From NCBI GenBank assembly GCA_964035545.1, contig OZ037768.1, positions 1,302,001 through 1,366,000 on the forward strand: DNA of 64,000 nt. Reading direction: 5' to 3'. The translations under genes were made by a program, and so were the position numbers. Within the stretch, counting starts at the first letter, position 1. Each line of letters opens with the position of its first letter. This DNA is from Bugula neritina. Taxonomy: Eukaryota; Animalia; Bryozoa. The notes beneath the pieces were generated by a model. The model searched no databases. It saw nothing but the letters and a program-made list of their open reading frames with translations, and had not been told where the DNA came from. Below are positions 50,719-64,000 of this stretch, piece by piece.

Positions 50719-53700
50719 TCAATCGATGCATACCTTATCTTCAGGTACACATAGGAATAGCTTTTGAATAAAAGTGTAAAATGAGCGAGTGGCTCTGAAA
50801 TATGCAGCGGGTTTGTTTTTCCAAGCAACTCCGACAGCGTAAACCGGCAGCCCACATAGACAAATGGCTATGCCAATGAGAGAAGATTTGGCTCCTTCAT
50901 ATAGAGTCATACACAGTAGAAACAGGCAGAATACTAGGTATGCAATGGGGAAGAAGAGGGACACCTAAAAATAAATTTGTACACACCATGAGTGCTATAC
51001 AATAGAAAGCAACAGTTAGTTGATGTTTTTATTGCAAAATTTGTTAGACAAATGATTTGTACAGTAAGTTAACATGTATGTTACAGTATCTGAGAAAAAT
51101 CAAACTCATATCAACTTGTATGTCGTTGATCTAAAGTTAAGGATATTTTATGGTTGCTACATTTGCAAAAAAATTATCATGCACTAATTGCGTGAAACCC
51201 AAGCAATTTAATATCATGTTTCTCTTTAGAGTTCAATTGATTGAGTATCGCATTTATAAAGAGATAGGATATATTTTATCTAAACTATGTTATTAGATAT
51301 TATAGTCATTGTGGCAATTTTGTATACTTTTTTGTAATTTTTACCTTGAGTGGTCTTGCTAACTCTGGATATTTCTTCCTCATATAAATAAGACTAGAAA
51401 CTGTTAGCCCAATGAACATTGTTTCAAAAAATGTCCCGTAACTAATCAATCCTTGTACGTCTGATGATATAGTACAGCACACAGCAACAAAAGCCTGAAA
51501 TATTAAAGTACAATTTATATTCAACTTAGTGTTTTATAAATGTTTTGATTGACCTCTAACCTCCAAATAGAAGTTCCACTATGGTGTTAAGAAAATTTGA
51601 GACTAGAGCAAAAGTATTGTCATCAAGTCCTTACAATTTTTTAGATTTAGTAGTCTAAAATTAGGCAAGCATGGTATTACTTTATCGTCTTTTTAGTAGT
51701 ATATAAAGTAAATGCTTTGCTGCTTGAAAATTGTTCAAAAATAGTACAAAAAAGTACCTGAAATGCTATTGAGATGAGTAGTAGTAGTAGTAGTAGGACT
51801 GGAATGTATTATTACGAATTTCTCACCTGAAACACAACAGAGACTATTGGAGTCATCCACTTTGTACTAACATAACCAATAGGCTCAGGGAGTTGTCCTT
51901 TCCTTGCTGCTACATAGTACAGCCTACAACAGAGCCACAGTTATAATGTGCCGATAATGCATGCAAATTAACTATGCAATTAGCTGTTGTCTAAGTATAT
52001 AAAGTAGGATGTGGGTGCATGCAGTAGAATGTAACTATTTAGTAGAATACAGGTGTACGCTAGTACACCTACTGCTATAAAAATGAAATACCATCTAAAA
52101 ACTCAAGTTCATTTTATGTCCGACTTGCATAACTTTTTGTAAGATAGTCTTTCACAAACGTAATGATTTCAAGGTTTTCACCTGGAGGATGTGAACATTG
52201 CACCGTTTAAGCTTCCAAATGTAGAACAAGCTACAAACACTGGGATAATCCAGTTCATCTTGCCAAGTGCTTTGTTTCCAAATGCCTAAAAATATAATTG
52301 TGCATAATCAGGTCTTCAGATATAATAACAACAATAAATATGTATGCATATTATGCTTTCTGGTATATCAGATTTTATTTACATCGATCACATCAGGTTC
52401 AAGGCAAAAATATCTTTCTCAGCAATTTAGAAAAGTAATTAATGAGAGAAAACCTTGCTCTACTGGTGCGGATACATTATTTTCACAAGATCAAAAGCTC
52501 CATGATCTCTGCGTAGTGGTTGCTTTTAAACAAACAAAAAATCTTTGAAGTGGTTTTTCAGATACTCACCACTGCAACTGCGTCTGCGTCTTTCATCTCA
52601 TCTTGAGAGAGCACTGTGAAGAATGCAACATTGGCGCAGATATACAAGCTTGTGATAAGAGTTATGGAAATCCATATGGCTTTTGGTAGAGTTCTGTTAA
52701 ATTGATTGCAGCAATATTGCAAAATAATTCATAGTTTTCAAAGTTATTAATATATTTTTGACTTGCGATCTATAGACTATTGGCTTGAAATACTAGCATA
52801 AAAGAAAAATTTTATCACAGTAAGGGTACATGTTAATGAGCAATTGTTCAAAGTTTTATTGACTTTATCACCAAACATGTGTTAGGTGCAGAAAGATTGG
52901 CTATTTCTGTTACAGCAAATTATCTCTCATCATGCTGATGGCATGGTGAAAGGCAAGGCCATGTATAGCCACTCCAATGCTCTTGTAAACAGGGGTTCTG
53001 GACACTTTAAACAAACATGAATTTTTGTGTTAGGTGCTAAAATAGACCAACATACTTCTCAGGGTTCTTCACTTCTTCTGTAACCAGGTTTAGATAGTTC
53101 CTAGCAAAAATGCAGTAATATACATAAACATAAACATCTAACTAAATGTCTCAGATGAGAATTCTTAAAATAGGCTTGACTTTAGGTGATGGTATTATTC
53201 GACTCTATGAGAAAGCTTGTTATGTGAGAATTTGATCCTATTTATTTATAAAAATTGTGTGAAAAAGAGATCAGCTGTTTCTTTAAAAGTGGCATAACTA
53301 CATGTTTCACTGTTTTAAAATGTAATAAAGATTATTTACATACCAACCAGAGTATGAAAACACCCCAGCATAGATTCCTTTTGCCCAGTCTACTGGTTTA
53401 GGACTTGTACCTTCCCACGGTTTTTTCCAATACTGGGATTTGCCTGCAACAGTTGCATATTGCAATTCATAGAAAGTTATATTCGTTATATAACAATTAA
53501 ACTTGTCATTAGACATATAATGTAATTTTAAAACTGCCAGATAAGCTTTTAGGTAAACATTCACACCAATCTTGTCTTTGATTAGTCATATATTAGCTAC
53601 TAATTGATTAAACCTCAGCCAACCCAAGTATTATACTAAGAATTAGTGTATTATGTATATTCATGCTTTAAAGTGATTTGTTCATTGTGTGCTGCTTTAT

Positions 53701-56101
53701 GCTACTTCGTAAATTATTGCAATTTGCGATAGCGTCCCATTTTTGGCCTGGACACTAGTTTGTTATCTACTCTGCAATCCTAGACCTTATAGTTCAAAAG
53801 TAGTCAGTATACGAACCTTTTCCGATCCATACAAAGCCAGTTACTGTGATGGCCAGCAAAGCCAAAACCTTGGCTACTAGAAACACATTTTGAAGTCTTG
53901 CTGCCCATGTGACGTCCACACAGTTGATAATAGCCAGGAAAACTGCAAAATTATATTGATATAGAACATATACTGACTTGAAAAATAGCAATGGAATAGT
54001 GTACAACAGTACTAAAATTATTTGCCATCCAGTTAATCAGTGGCTAGAACTGTAAGGTTTTTCAATAGTCCAATATAACTCATGCAGCAAATTAAATGAG
54101 AAAGTAATTGTTAAACAAGCAAGGTCAAAAGAGGTCAAACACATATTCTTGCATGTACCTATAAACATAGTGTCAATTTTATTACTGCATGACTACTAAA
54201 TAAGATACATGTAAGTTTGTCTTTACTTAGTTTACATAACTGACCAAATGAGCAAATAATTTTGTTTTAGCAGGTTGATATATTTTTATTTAATTACAAT
54301 ATTACAAAACATTAACAAATTTTGGGGTTGGAATAAACAATGCTTTTGAATGATGTATTAAAACATGTTACTTGGTGGAGTTACTACACACTCTTGTGTC
54401 ACCGATTAATAACCAGTGACACAAGAATGAGTATATAGAGCATTTCTCCTACCTTATTGTATGACTAGCAAAAAGTACTTTCTGGTGGAACAAATCAGTT
54501 ATTAAAGATTTAGAATTTATTAAAGATTTAGAATTTAAACTAACTGCAGCTGTATTCATAAATGCATGCAGTTAAAATATAGTCGCACAATTTTTTGTCG
54601 TAACAGTAAAATAACATAAACCAAAACAAGTATAAGTATAAAGACAGCACCTTATAAATTGAAAATATGTAAAGGCTGTTCTAATTATTACACAACTATT
54701 GTATTTAATTGTAATTTAAAATTACAAAGCTTGCAGTAATTGAATTTTTACTCAAAAGCTATCATTCAAAGAGTACATAGAATTATGTAAAGTATGTTGG
54801 AATTTGTGTAGAAAGATATCTTTACTCACTAATGATGAATCCCGCTGTCAAGATAACAGCACTTTCTGGTGGTGTGCAGTCTGGGTATATCGGTACCAAT
54901 ACGTAGTTTGCAAATGTAAGGGCAATGATTGCAATGGCAATCGGGAAGACTATCAGTGAATATGCCCACACAAAGATAAACTGTATTACATTTCCATAAG
55001 CTTTTCCTAAAAATTATTGAAAAAATATCAGTTTTTTGAAATGCAAGACAATATTTGGGTGAAGACTAAAAGTTTACAACTTACAAACTTACAACCATTT
55101 GTGTTAATAACAACCCAGCCATTAGCAGGTGCTATAATAGTATGCCATTTATTGTAAAAATTCTTTAATGCTTTGTTCATTTAATGCAACAAATTCAAGC
55201 TACTTTTTGTTTTTTCAGAAATGGTTTGTTTTTACCAATTAAACATTGGAACGATGAATGAAAATAAAACATTTTATTCAAAAAGTTTATGCACAGCAAC
55301 TATCATTCGAAAGACTAACTGTTAACATTCAAATCTTTGAAAGTAAAAGCTAGCTGTTTACATAATTTAGATTTTGAATGTCAAGCAGGCAATAGGCAAG
55401 TTAAATCTGGCTTCAATATTGCGCTAAGCTTTAAGCATGTTAAAGCAAAAATGTTTATTAGCATTAATTGTTTTCCTAGGAATCTTGATGAAGTAAGAGC
55501 TACAGCAGAACAGAGTTTTATAGCATGTCCAATTAATTACGTATTAAAACTAATGTTTTAATTAAGAAGCGCTTCAGATTTGGGGAATAATAGATAAATA
55601 TTTGAATAAGTACCTGAATACTTGAATAAAAATAAATGTGCTATTTCACTTATTACAGAATGTACTAAATGAGGCATACCGTTAACTGTTTCTGCAATAT
55701 TTGAAATGCCAGATATTTCTCACAAACATCGGCACTTTTTACAGTATCTATATAATTTAGCATCGTTTACACAGTGATTCCACACCAAGTTCTCTCTATA
55801 GACACTTACCTATGTATGAATAATCTCCACCACTAGTTTGAATGGAAGTTCCCAACTCCACGTATGACATGGAACCAATAGCGGCAGCGAGGCCTCCAAT
55901 GCACCACAGAATAAGCGACAGTCCTATGCTGCCTGCGTTCTCTAAAACTCCAACTGGAGATACAAATATTCCACTTCCAATCACTAATCCTGTTAACATT
56001 GACACAGCACTGAATAATCCCAGATTCTTCTTCAGTTTAACTTGGCCATCTTCAAAAGTGATGGACTCCATCGAAATTTTCCCATTTGCTTTGTTCGCCA
56101 T
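50719..56101 (-). CDS. SLC7 family L-type / heteromeric amino-acid transporter light chain, paralog A
   Basis: About 10 exons (approx 55810-56101, 54829-55006, 53797-53942, 53344-53443, 53057-53100, 52570-52693, 52182-52283, 51827-51923, 51345-51494, 50719-50963). Motifs: [15 protein letters not shown]...SGGDYSY, PIYPDC (heavy-chain disulfide Cys position), [12 protein letters not shown]...[30 protein letters not shown]. Confidence 0.9.
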
Positions 56102-56149
56102 GCTACTGCTGTTAGGTCTGTAAGGATTAGACTCCTCTGGTAGTCTAAA

Positions 56150-57400
56150 ATATTGTATACTGAAGGTGTAATAGCAGTGAAAAGTTAGGCTTATATGAAA
56201 TTATTACCTGCTTATGTTAAAACCAAAAGTTCTCAACTAATTACTACTGTGGCATACCTCTCAATGTGCTGTAGGTGCAATACTCTAATTCACCCAATTC
56301 TATGAATGCTAGACTGATTTCATATAATCACTCGAAACAAATGTAATGATGCATGCACAAAGACCTATTAATTAATGCTGCTGGTGTGGCTTTGCTTTCT
56401 TTTTATGTGTTTCTCCTCCTACTAATGCCATTAGATGCTAAAATAGTAATTTATAGCCAATACTCTGAAATGCATCAGTCTATATATGTAATTAAATCTT
56501 GCCTATATGCTGGAAATCATAGAGACTGCCTAATCATTTTTGCACTATCTTTTTTTAGCTTTACTACCTACACAACATGCAGCTGAACTTTCTACAATTA
56601 TAAGGAATATAACGAAATGCCAACACCCCTGTACTCTTGACTCTTGTTGGCAAAATGACATTTTGCTAACAAAAGTTCATCTCTTATGAAATTATATTGT
56701 ACATATAGTAGTTCAGAAAAAATAATAATTATGTACGGAGTTTTAATTTAATTACTGCTGACAATTATACGGTAAGGTACAGAATTCTTTGAACTATGTA
56801 AAAAATTCGTTAGCTGGTCATTAAAAAACTCAAAGATTTATGTTCTTGATGACATAAAAAAAATGAAAGTATATCTTTTATACTTTGTCTATTTCCACTA
56901 GTCTGTATTAGGCTATGTTAGATCTGGAAGATGAAGCATGTTTATATACGGAATACTGTAAAGGAGTCTATACCATTCATGGTGTTTGTTTATTCATTAA
57001 AAGGTACAAAACAATGTAGGCTTCACAAGGCTTTAGACTATCACGACTATGTCAAATATTGCAGTGTGAAATGGTATTGGTTGCGCTAAGAATATTGATT
57101 TGTCTAAGTCTATTACGTACAGTTGTATATAGTAGATATTGTGTGTAGTGTACGGCAAACAGTGTATATATAGTTGCCCGTGTCCCTTAGCAATACTACT
57201 AAACCCCTGCCTGCAGTAGTAGTAACAGTAGAGGGAATCTGTTATTCATTCAGTATTAATTGATAAACATTGCATCAGCACATTCACAAAGAGAAGCTCT
57301 CAACTCCTGATTGCACTCCTTAACTGTTCTATTGTTGCTGTTAAGGAATTGGGAGTAGCAGACGTAGAGCAGTATACTCGACTTCAACAGTTCTCGCCTA
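56150..57400. promoter_or_regulatory. Divergent intergenic/promoter region between the SLC7 paralogs
   Basis: 1.3 kb between the two start codons; TATA-like TATATATA near 57165; a probable 5' UTR intron of paralog A at ~56145-56207. Confidence 0.4.
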
Positions 57401-57411
57401 CACCAACACAA

Positions 57412-60400
57412 ATGTCGTCAGAATCGGTCAAGTCAGCAAATGGCTCCGTGGGCCTCAAGAAAAATTTGGGACTATTCAACGCCATTGCTATGGTGGTGGG
57501 CCTAGTGGTGGGCAGTGGAATATTCGTATCACCAGTGGGTGTCTTGCGTAGCTCTGGCAGCATTGGACTATCTCTTATACTATGGTCCGTGGGAGGCATT
57601 GCGTCAGCTATTGGCTCTATGTCGTATGTAGAGTTAGGAACTTGCATACAGACAAGTGGCGGAGATTACTCTTATATAGGTATGGCATGTGAAAGCACTC
57701 TAAGTTACGTTAACTACTCTTAGTTAATTACTCTTCTACAAATTTATGTTGCTGCCATTAGTACAGAGCACATTGCAATGGTGTAAGAGCCAATGCGTAT
57801 AATATGATACTGGTATAAAGTGATAGACTTCTACTTCCTTAATGATTTGTTGCATTAAGCTTGGAGCTAAATAACAGCATATTATTTAGCTACACTTAAA
57901 ATATTATTAAGCAATACGTATTTCACAGATTATACTAATTTTTATGCAAAATGAAGTTTTCTGATTTAACAGCATTTTTCACATTTTTGAAAAAAATTCA
58001 GCAGATGTGATTGGCTGCTCTCTTATGCTGCCAAGCATACTGGAAGCTGCCAGTAAAGAATATAGTTCTCTAAAATTAATATGTTATATCCTTGGCCTTG
58101 TTGGTAATCATTTTAACAGGCCTATTTTATGAGCTATTATGGGGTTTTTCACCATAAATATGCAACTTTTAAAAACATGAAAGTAACTTTGATGTGCCAC
58201 ACTTTTTAAGATATAAATTGCACTCACCGTCTTAGCTTGGCTGCTGATGTAGTATTCCTCAAAACCTCTGAACTTATATGTATTACAACGCTCACTTGAT
58301 TCTGTATTTGCTGCCTTTGATATATTGGCTCAGCAGCGTTACTAGGTTCTGTCAATAACACTTTGACTTGACTAGCTTAGCATACGTTTCAAACACATTA
58401 ATGCACATAACGGTTCAATATTTACTCTTTCAATACTTGTTTGGTTCAATACTGAGACTTTTGTTTAATTCTGATATTGTTTGCTTTTTGTAGGAAAGGC
58501 GTTTGGACCAGTTGTACAGTTCCTTTTTGTTTGGGCGTTTTTACTTATAGTTTTTCCAATTGCGAATGCAATAATCTCGTTAATATTCGCCAATTACATA
58601 CTCGTACCGATATACGCCAACTGCCCGCCTCCTGCTGATGCTAAGACTTTGGTGGCAGCAGTAGTCATCGGTAAGATAGTCTATATGCGGCATTCAACTC
58701 CTTACACATAGACACATGTTAGCAGTAAATTTGTCCTTAGTTTTTTGAGATGAAGAAATTGCTATAAAACTTATAATGAGTCAGTCACTATAGATGACTC
58801 ACTTACAGTCACTACAGATGACTCACTTACAGTCACTATAAATAATTCACACGCAGCAAATTATGCAATCACTCTAGATAACTCTTGTTCAATGCTCCTC
58901 AAACACATGCTGATGTGTCCAGTACATAATATGTTTAGCTGTAGTAATTTATCCTTGCTACCCATTTCCTCTAAGCATAGGCTTGAAAATTAGCTAACCT
59001 CTATGTTTACAGAAACATGCATTGCATTATTAGTATATTAGTTTATTTAACATTGCTTCTTATTTTAGTCCTGCTGTCTGCAATCAATTGTTTCAACGTA
59101 ACGTGGGCTGCCCGGGTCCAGAATGTGTTTCTGATTATGAAGATAGCTGCACTGCTAGTTATCTCCGTGACCGGCTTTGTTTGGATAGGGCAAGGTGAGG
59201 GTCACTAATTATACCCTATTAGAGTCAAGTGATAGAGACTAAATGTCAGTGTCATTTGTAGAGATGAACATTTCCGTGGGCTGGTGAGCTGGACTTTTGA
59301 TGCTGTGTAAATTTGTTCATCACGTAATAGTGAAACTTTACATGATACACTATATATAATATGTATTTTAATGTAAAAAGTTCTATTAATAGAGTGTTTT
59401 GCAGTGTTTTGCTGCCATTTTTCAAGTAATAAGATGAATAAATAGCATTGAGCTTCACCGTTAGTTGGGGTCACATACTAGTAAACATGTTTGCAGTATA
59501 CTCACATATTTTCAAGATATTGCACTAATTTAATTTACCATTGGTTAGCCTCATTAACTACAAAATTAATAATTTCTTTGAAATAAAACCAAAATCAGTT
59601 TTTTGGTGGTTTTCTGTCTCTTGGCATACCATTAGCAATGGCAATAACAAAATTTATTAAATGTTAAAAGCAGCTTGCACCAACCACTTGTTATATAAAA
59701 TAAACTATAATGTAATGCATGTCTGGCAATGTGCTTGCTTTAGTAACACTCCTGGCCTTCATGTTCAGTTACTGATTTTGTAAATTGAATAATGATTGAG
59801 AAGTTTGAAGACGACATTTGACTTGTTCACTCTGAATAAGAATGCATAAAGAAAATAGATGCATCAGTTTGCATGCAGGCTGAGCGATTTAAAAAAGCTG
59901 GGAGCAATTCACCAGGTCAATGCTCTATTTACAGTTCTTTGTTTATTCAATTGAAACAATCAAATTGTATAGACTTTCATCTATACAACAACAACGCTTG
60001 GTTCAGTTATTTTCAATTATGAAGCTTGGTGTTCAAATGCAAGTGATAGATGAATAATTATGGCCCAATGATTATTTCATTGACATATTTGGTGGTTACT
60101 AAGTGCTGCCAACTGCTGCTACTGCAAATATTTAACTTCTAGTTGATACTAATAGGTGAAGCTGTCACAACAGAGTGGCCTTTAGTCAATGCTGCCCTGA
60201 CCTTGAAATATTGCAGGGTGGCCTTACTGAATCAGAAAGGAGTATACCTAAACTATTTAAATAACTTGCAGAAACTGTTAAATAAAGTGCCTAAAATAAT
60301 TTCTCGACTTGTTGAAAAGCTGATAAAAGAATAAAGTTAGGCTGCTAACTGTATTACCTTGATATACTGAGCTTGGAATAAGTTATTTTACTCTAGTAAA

Positions 60401-63400
60401 GCTAAATTATAGCTTTTGTAAAAGATTACATTCAGTCAAATAATACTGGCCTCCTATTATCACAATAACACTTTTATGTAGCTGTATTTCGCTATTTTCT
60501 TTTACAAGCTATACAATTACATTCTTGTATGCTACGATACTAATATTTATGTCTTTGGGATCACGTATTTTGCTATTGTCATGTATTGTATATGTTTAGG
60601 TAAAACACAGTTTTGGGATGAACCGTGGGAAGGTACAAGCCATGAGCCAGTAGACTGGGCAAGAGCAATTTATTCTGGCGTGTATTCTTACGCAGGATGG
60701 TGAGTTAGGCTGTCATGTGTAACCCCCCTTACTCTGCCTTGTTACCTAAACTTGGGCCAACTGGTTCAGTTTAGTATGCATGATTCATCAACTCAAGAGT
60801 TGTGAGTGAAGTTCCTCTAAAATGCATCACACTGAGACACAGTGTGCCAGACTGGCCACTAAAGCTATAAACAAGACAAACACACCAGGTCATTGGCCAC
60901 TCCAGGTCAATATATAAGATCATGAAGATCACTTTCCTTTGGAAGAGTGTAGACTGTGAAACTGACACCAGCAACTCTGGAAGACAAGGGGGACTCAAGG
61001 AGACAGGGGGGGACTCAAGGAGACAGGGGGGGGGGGTAGGGGGGACTCAAGGGGGTGGGGAGCTCATCATCAACTGAAACTGAGCCTTCACAGAGATTAG
61101 CTAGAAGTATTATTTGCTAATTGGTGGCATCAAATGACTGTCAACAGCAGCTGAGTTCAGATTAAATAATTAAAACAAGATTATAAATATTTCCTAAACT
61201 CATTAGTACAGATTATTGCTTTTGTGCCGAAGTTGTTGGTGAAACTTCTTCCCAGAGCTTCACAGCTGCTATGTACTGTCACACTTCAGGTGTGAGTGGC
61301 TACTAGAACTCTATTAACGCTTGGCAAAGGTTTATACTATTCACTACTATATTAACCTAGCAATGCTTTCCACTACGTAATGCCCCCAACTAATAGCCGA
61401 GTTTTTAAATGTGTAGCTGGTTGGGATATTCAGAAGGTAACTAACATTTAACGATCATTCATGGCCTTCAAACCCAACACTTTAGCTGACACTCCAAACC
61501 AGGGGACATAACTTCTACACATAAGATACCTGATAGAGCAATGCTGGGTCATGTATACATATATACATGTATGCAAGTATACTTAAATGCTTTGTGCAAT
61601 AAAATTTCTCATTTTTTTCCAAGTTACTGTAGTAATTCCTTGGCTAGGAGTTATAGAATACAATGAATAGAGCTGGTTTCTAACAACATAATATTATATA
61701 TCTAATGTTTTAGGAACTACTTGAATATACTCACCGAAGAAGTCAAGGCTCCAGAAAAGTAAGATTATTCTGCTTACAATTCAATATAAACTTTAATAAC
61801 ACAGAATAACATTGGTCTGGAATAACATAGAATAATATGGAATATCATGTGGTAATATAGCGTAATATGTCAAGGTATAAAATACAGTTTTGTCTGAATG
61901 GGCATGGCGTGTAGCTATTTCCATGTAACTCTACATAGTATATATACTGTATAGCTTTATGTAGTGTATATATTGTAATAACGCCGTTGTATTAGCTCTG
62001 TGTTTGTATCAGAGTGTTTAGTATCTTGTTACTGCATCCACATTAACGCTGGAATATATAATAATATCGTAACTGTATCTCCAGTAGTAACGTATCTTGT
62101 AGCCATGATGGTATATTTATTACTAGTAGTATTATTATGTAATAAATGTAAAAATGCAGGATGAGTTGCAAAGCATGTAGCTTTAAGCTGGTAAATGCTA
62201 GCAGCTATTATGTAATAAAGTACACTACTCCCTCCATATTTCACTATGCTGCTGGTACAGACCTTAATTCGTGACATAGTGATAGTATGATAACATATTT
62301 AACTTACTGATCAATTAAATCCGGCCATTTTGTCTCTATACACACCTACATAAGCCACAAAACAAGGGCCCAAGCCCTTCTCCTAACCCATGGAACTTCG
62401 TAAGAAATGGATTCGTGAGATATGGAGGGTGCACAGTAATACTATTAGTTGGGAAGTTTTCTTGCAACTGTGTCGCTTACCAGTTAACATAAGATGCCTT
62501 GGTCTATCGTAGAACTCTGCCCAGAGCCATATGGATATCTATACCTCTCATCACAGTTCTGTATGTGTGTACCAACATAGCTTTCTTCACTGTGCTCTCC
62601 AAACAGGAAATGCTAGATGCTGACGCTGTCGCTGTTGTAAGTGTCTTGTCTTGGTGCAGCATCTGGCACTATGCTACACTGTATTGCGTTATGTCCCACT
62701 ATGTCAAACTGTGTCACACTCTGTCATACTATGTCACACTCTGTCATAGCTTGTCATGCTGTGTCACACTATGTCATACCTTGTCATGCTGTGTCACACT
62801 GTGTCACACTATGTCACACTGTGTCACACTATGTCACACTGTGTCATACCCTCTCATGCTGTGCATTGTATTTCCTTGCTTTAAGATGTAAATATACCTG
62901 ACTGTCTTATTATACTTTAAGTCTTAAGATGTGAATACGCTTGCGTGTTTTATTCACAAAAATGCTGACTTGGGGGAACTACTTAAAATGCTGACTTGAA
63001 GTTTTCTTCAGCTTGTAGTTTCAATAAGCACAATTAGGCTGTTAGTTGTACTAGTTGCAGCAACTACTGACATTTAACTCTACACTAATCACCATACTGT
63101 CTGTAAATAAACAGCTGCCAAACATGAAGTTTAGCTAATGGGTTGGAGGGAAAATATTTATAATTCAACAATTCTAACAATTTGCAAAGTATTAAAGAAC
63201 ATGCTATGCAATAAGCATTGAGCAAATGTTTCGCTAGTTTTAAGATGGTGAAAGCAGCTCTTTAGATAACAATATTGTATTTTCCACAATTGCCTGCACT
63301 TAGTATATCATAATTTACAAAAGTATTTGGATAAAGTTTTCGACTGGGCACTCAAATTTGACCGGTATAGGGCGCAAGGCTATGTCAAGGTTAGAAGATG

Positions 63401-64000
63401 TCACAGGATGCCTAATAGCCTGAAGTATTGAAAGTTTTTATAATCATTTAGAGATTTGTTTTAGAAAGTTTTCACAACGGTATACCAATAAACTTACGAA
63501 AACAAGACTACAATAATAAGATAACTCCAAATAAAACTGTATTATAATTTCTAAAGCAAGTTCTTATTTCACTGATGTCTCTACTGTTTCAGCTGTTTGG
63601 AAGCAAGACTCTGGGTGTGATGTCATGGATTATCCCCATATTTGTAGCTTGCTCTACATTTGGCAGTCTTAATGGGTCTATATTTGCCTCATCTCGGTAT
63701 GAACACTAGAGCTATCTGCCCTGTACTGTGCTGTATAGTAGTATAATACCGTGTTACGCAAGTTATAACACATATATTGTGTATATATGGTTACTTATGG
63801 TGAGAAATGTGATGTGTATACTTTGTGTGCTAAAGTAGTATTTGCTGCGTGATAACTGAATACCTGTTCATGAATTTTTTTAAATTGAAAATTAACTACC
63901 AGCTGTTGAAATAAAGATTTATTAACTCTGGAATACTGCATTCAGGCTGTACTATGTGGCAGCAAGGAAAGGACAACTCCCTGAAGCAATTTCTTATGTT
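57412..64000 (+). CDS. SLC7 family L-type / heteromeric amino-acid transporter light chain, paralog B (3' end beyond the window)
   Basis: Exons approx 57412-57679, 58494-58670, 59069-59194, 60600-60700, 61714-61758, 62513-62636, 63592-63696, 63946->64000. Same motifs ([50 protein letters not shown]) and same intron positions as paralog A. Confidence 0.9.
62700..62860. repeat. 10-bp tandem repeat (TGTCACACTA/G)
   Basis: About 15 degenerate units in an SLC7-B intron. Confidence 0.85.

Noticed and set aside
55842-57647. Similar antisense ORFs in both SLC7 first exons, suggesting gene conversion or an antisense gene
   Set aside because: They are shadows of conserved sense codons; third positions differ extensively between the paralogs.
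7235-64000. An operon-like sulfoquinovose pathway cluster (SQase + dehydrogenase + transporters)
   Set aside because: The genes are separated by unrelated housekeeping genes, the transporters are typical amino-acid carriers, and nothing in the sequence links the MDR gene to SQ metabolism.

Overview
AT-rich, intron-rich genomic DNA from an animal (almost certainly an invertebrate; the species cannot be determined from the sequence alone). Eight spliced protein-coding genes were reconstructed by hand from GT-AG junctions with phase checks: the 5' part of CSPP1 (-), an MDR/alcohol-dehydrogenase-like gene lacking the usual zinc ligands (-), ZMYND8/RACK7 (-) head-to-head with CCDC6 (+), a GH31 glycosidase (-), CAPZA (-), and two divergently transcribed SLC7 light-chain amino-acid transporter paralogs (- and +; the second runs off the window). 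Most notable: (1) the GH31 gene carries the full sulfoquinovosidase (YihQ-type) catalytic and sulfonate-binding signature plus a signal peptide and a GPI-anchor-like tail, and is bracketed by two direct copies of the CAPZA 3' UTR; (2) many intronic tandem repeats are anchored on splice junctions and several duplicate the junction itself; (3) degenerate 6-bp-periodic tracts sharing exact 16-20-mers sit next to several gene starts; (4) CAPZA introns hold a 3.2-kb TIR element and a solo LTR with a nested Harbinger-type MITE. Most long ORFs in the supplied track are minisatellite or antisense artefacts. Exon coordinates were read by eye and may be a few bases off where marked approximate. Homology calls rest on recalled family motifs, not on searches.
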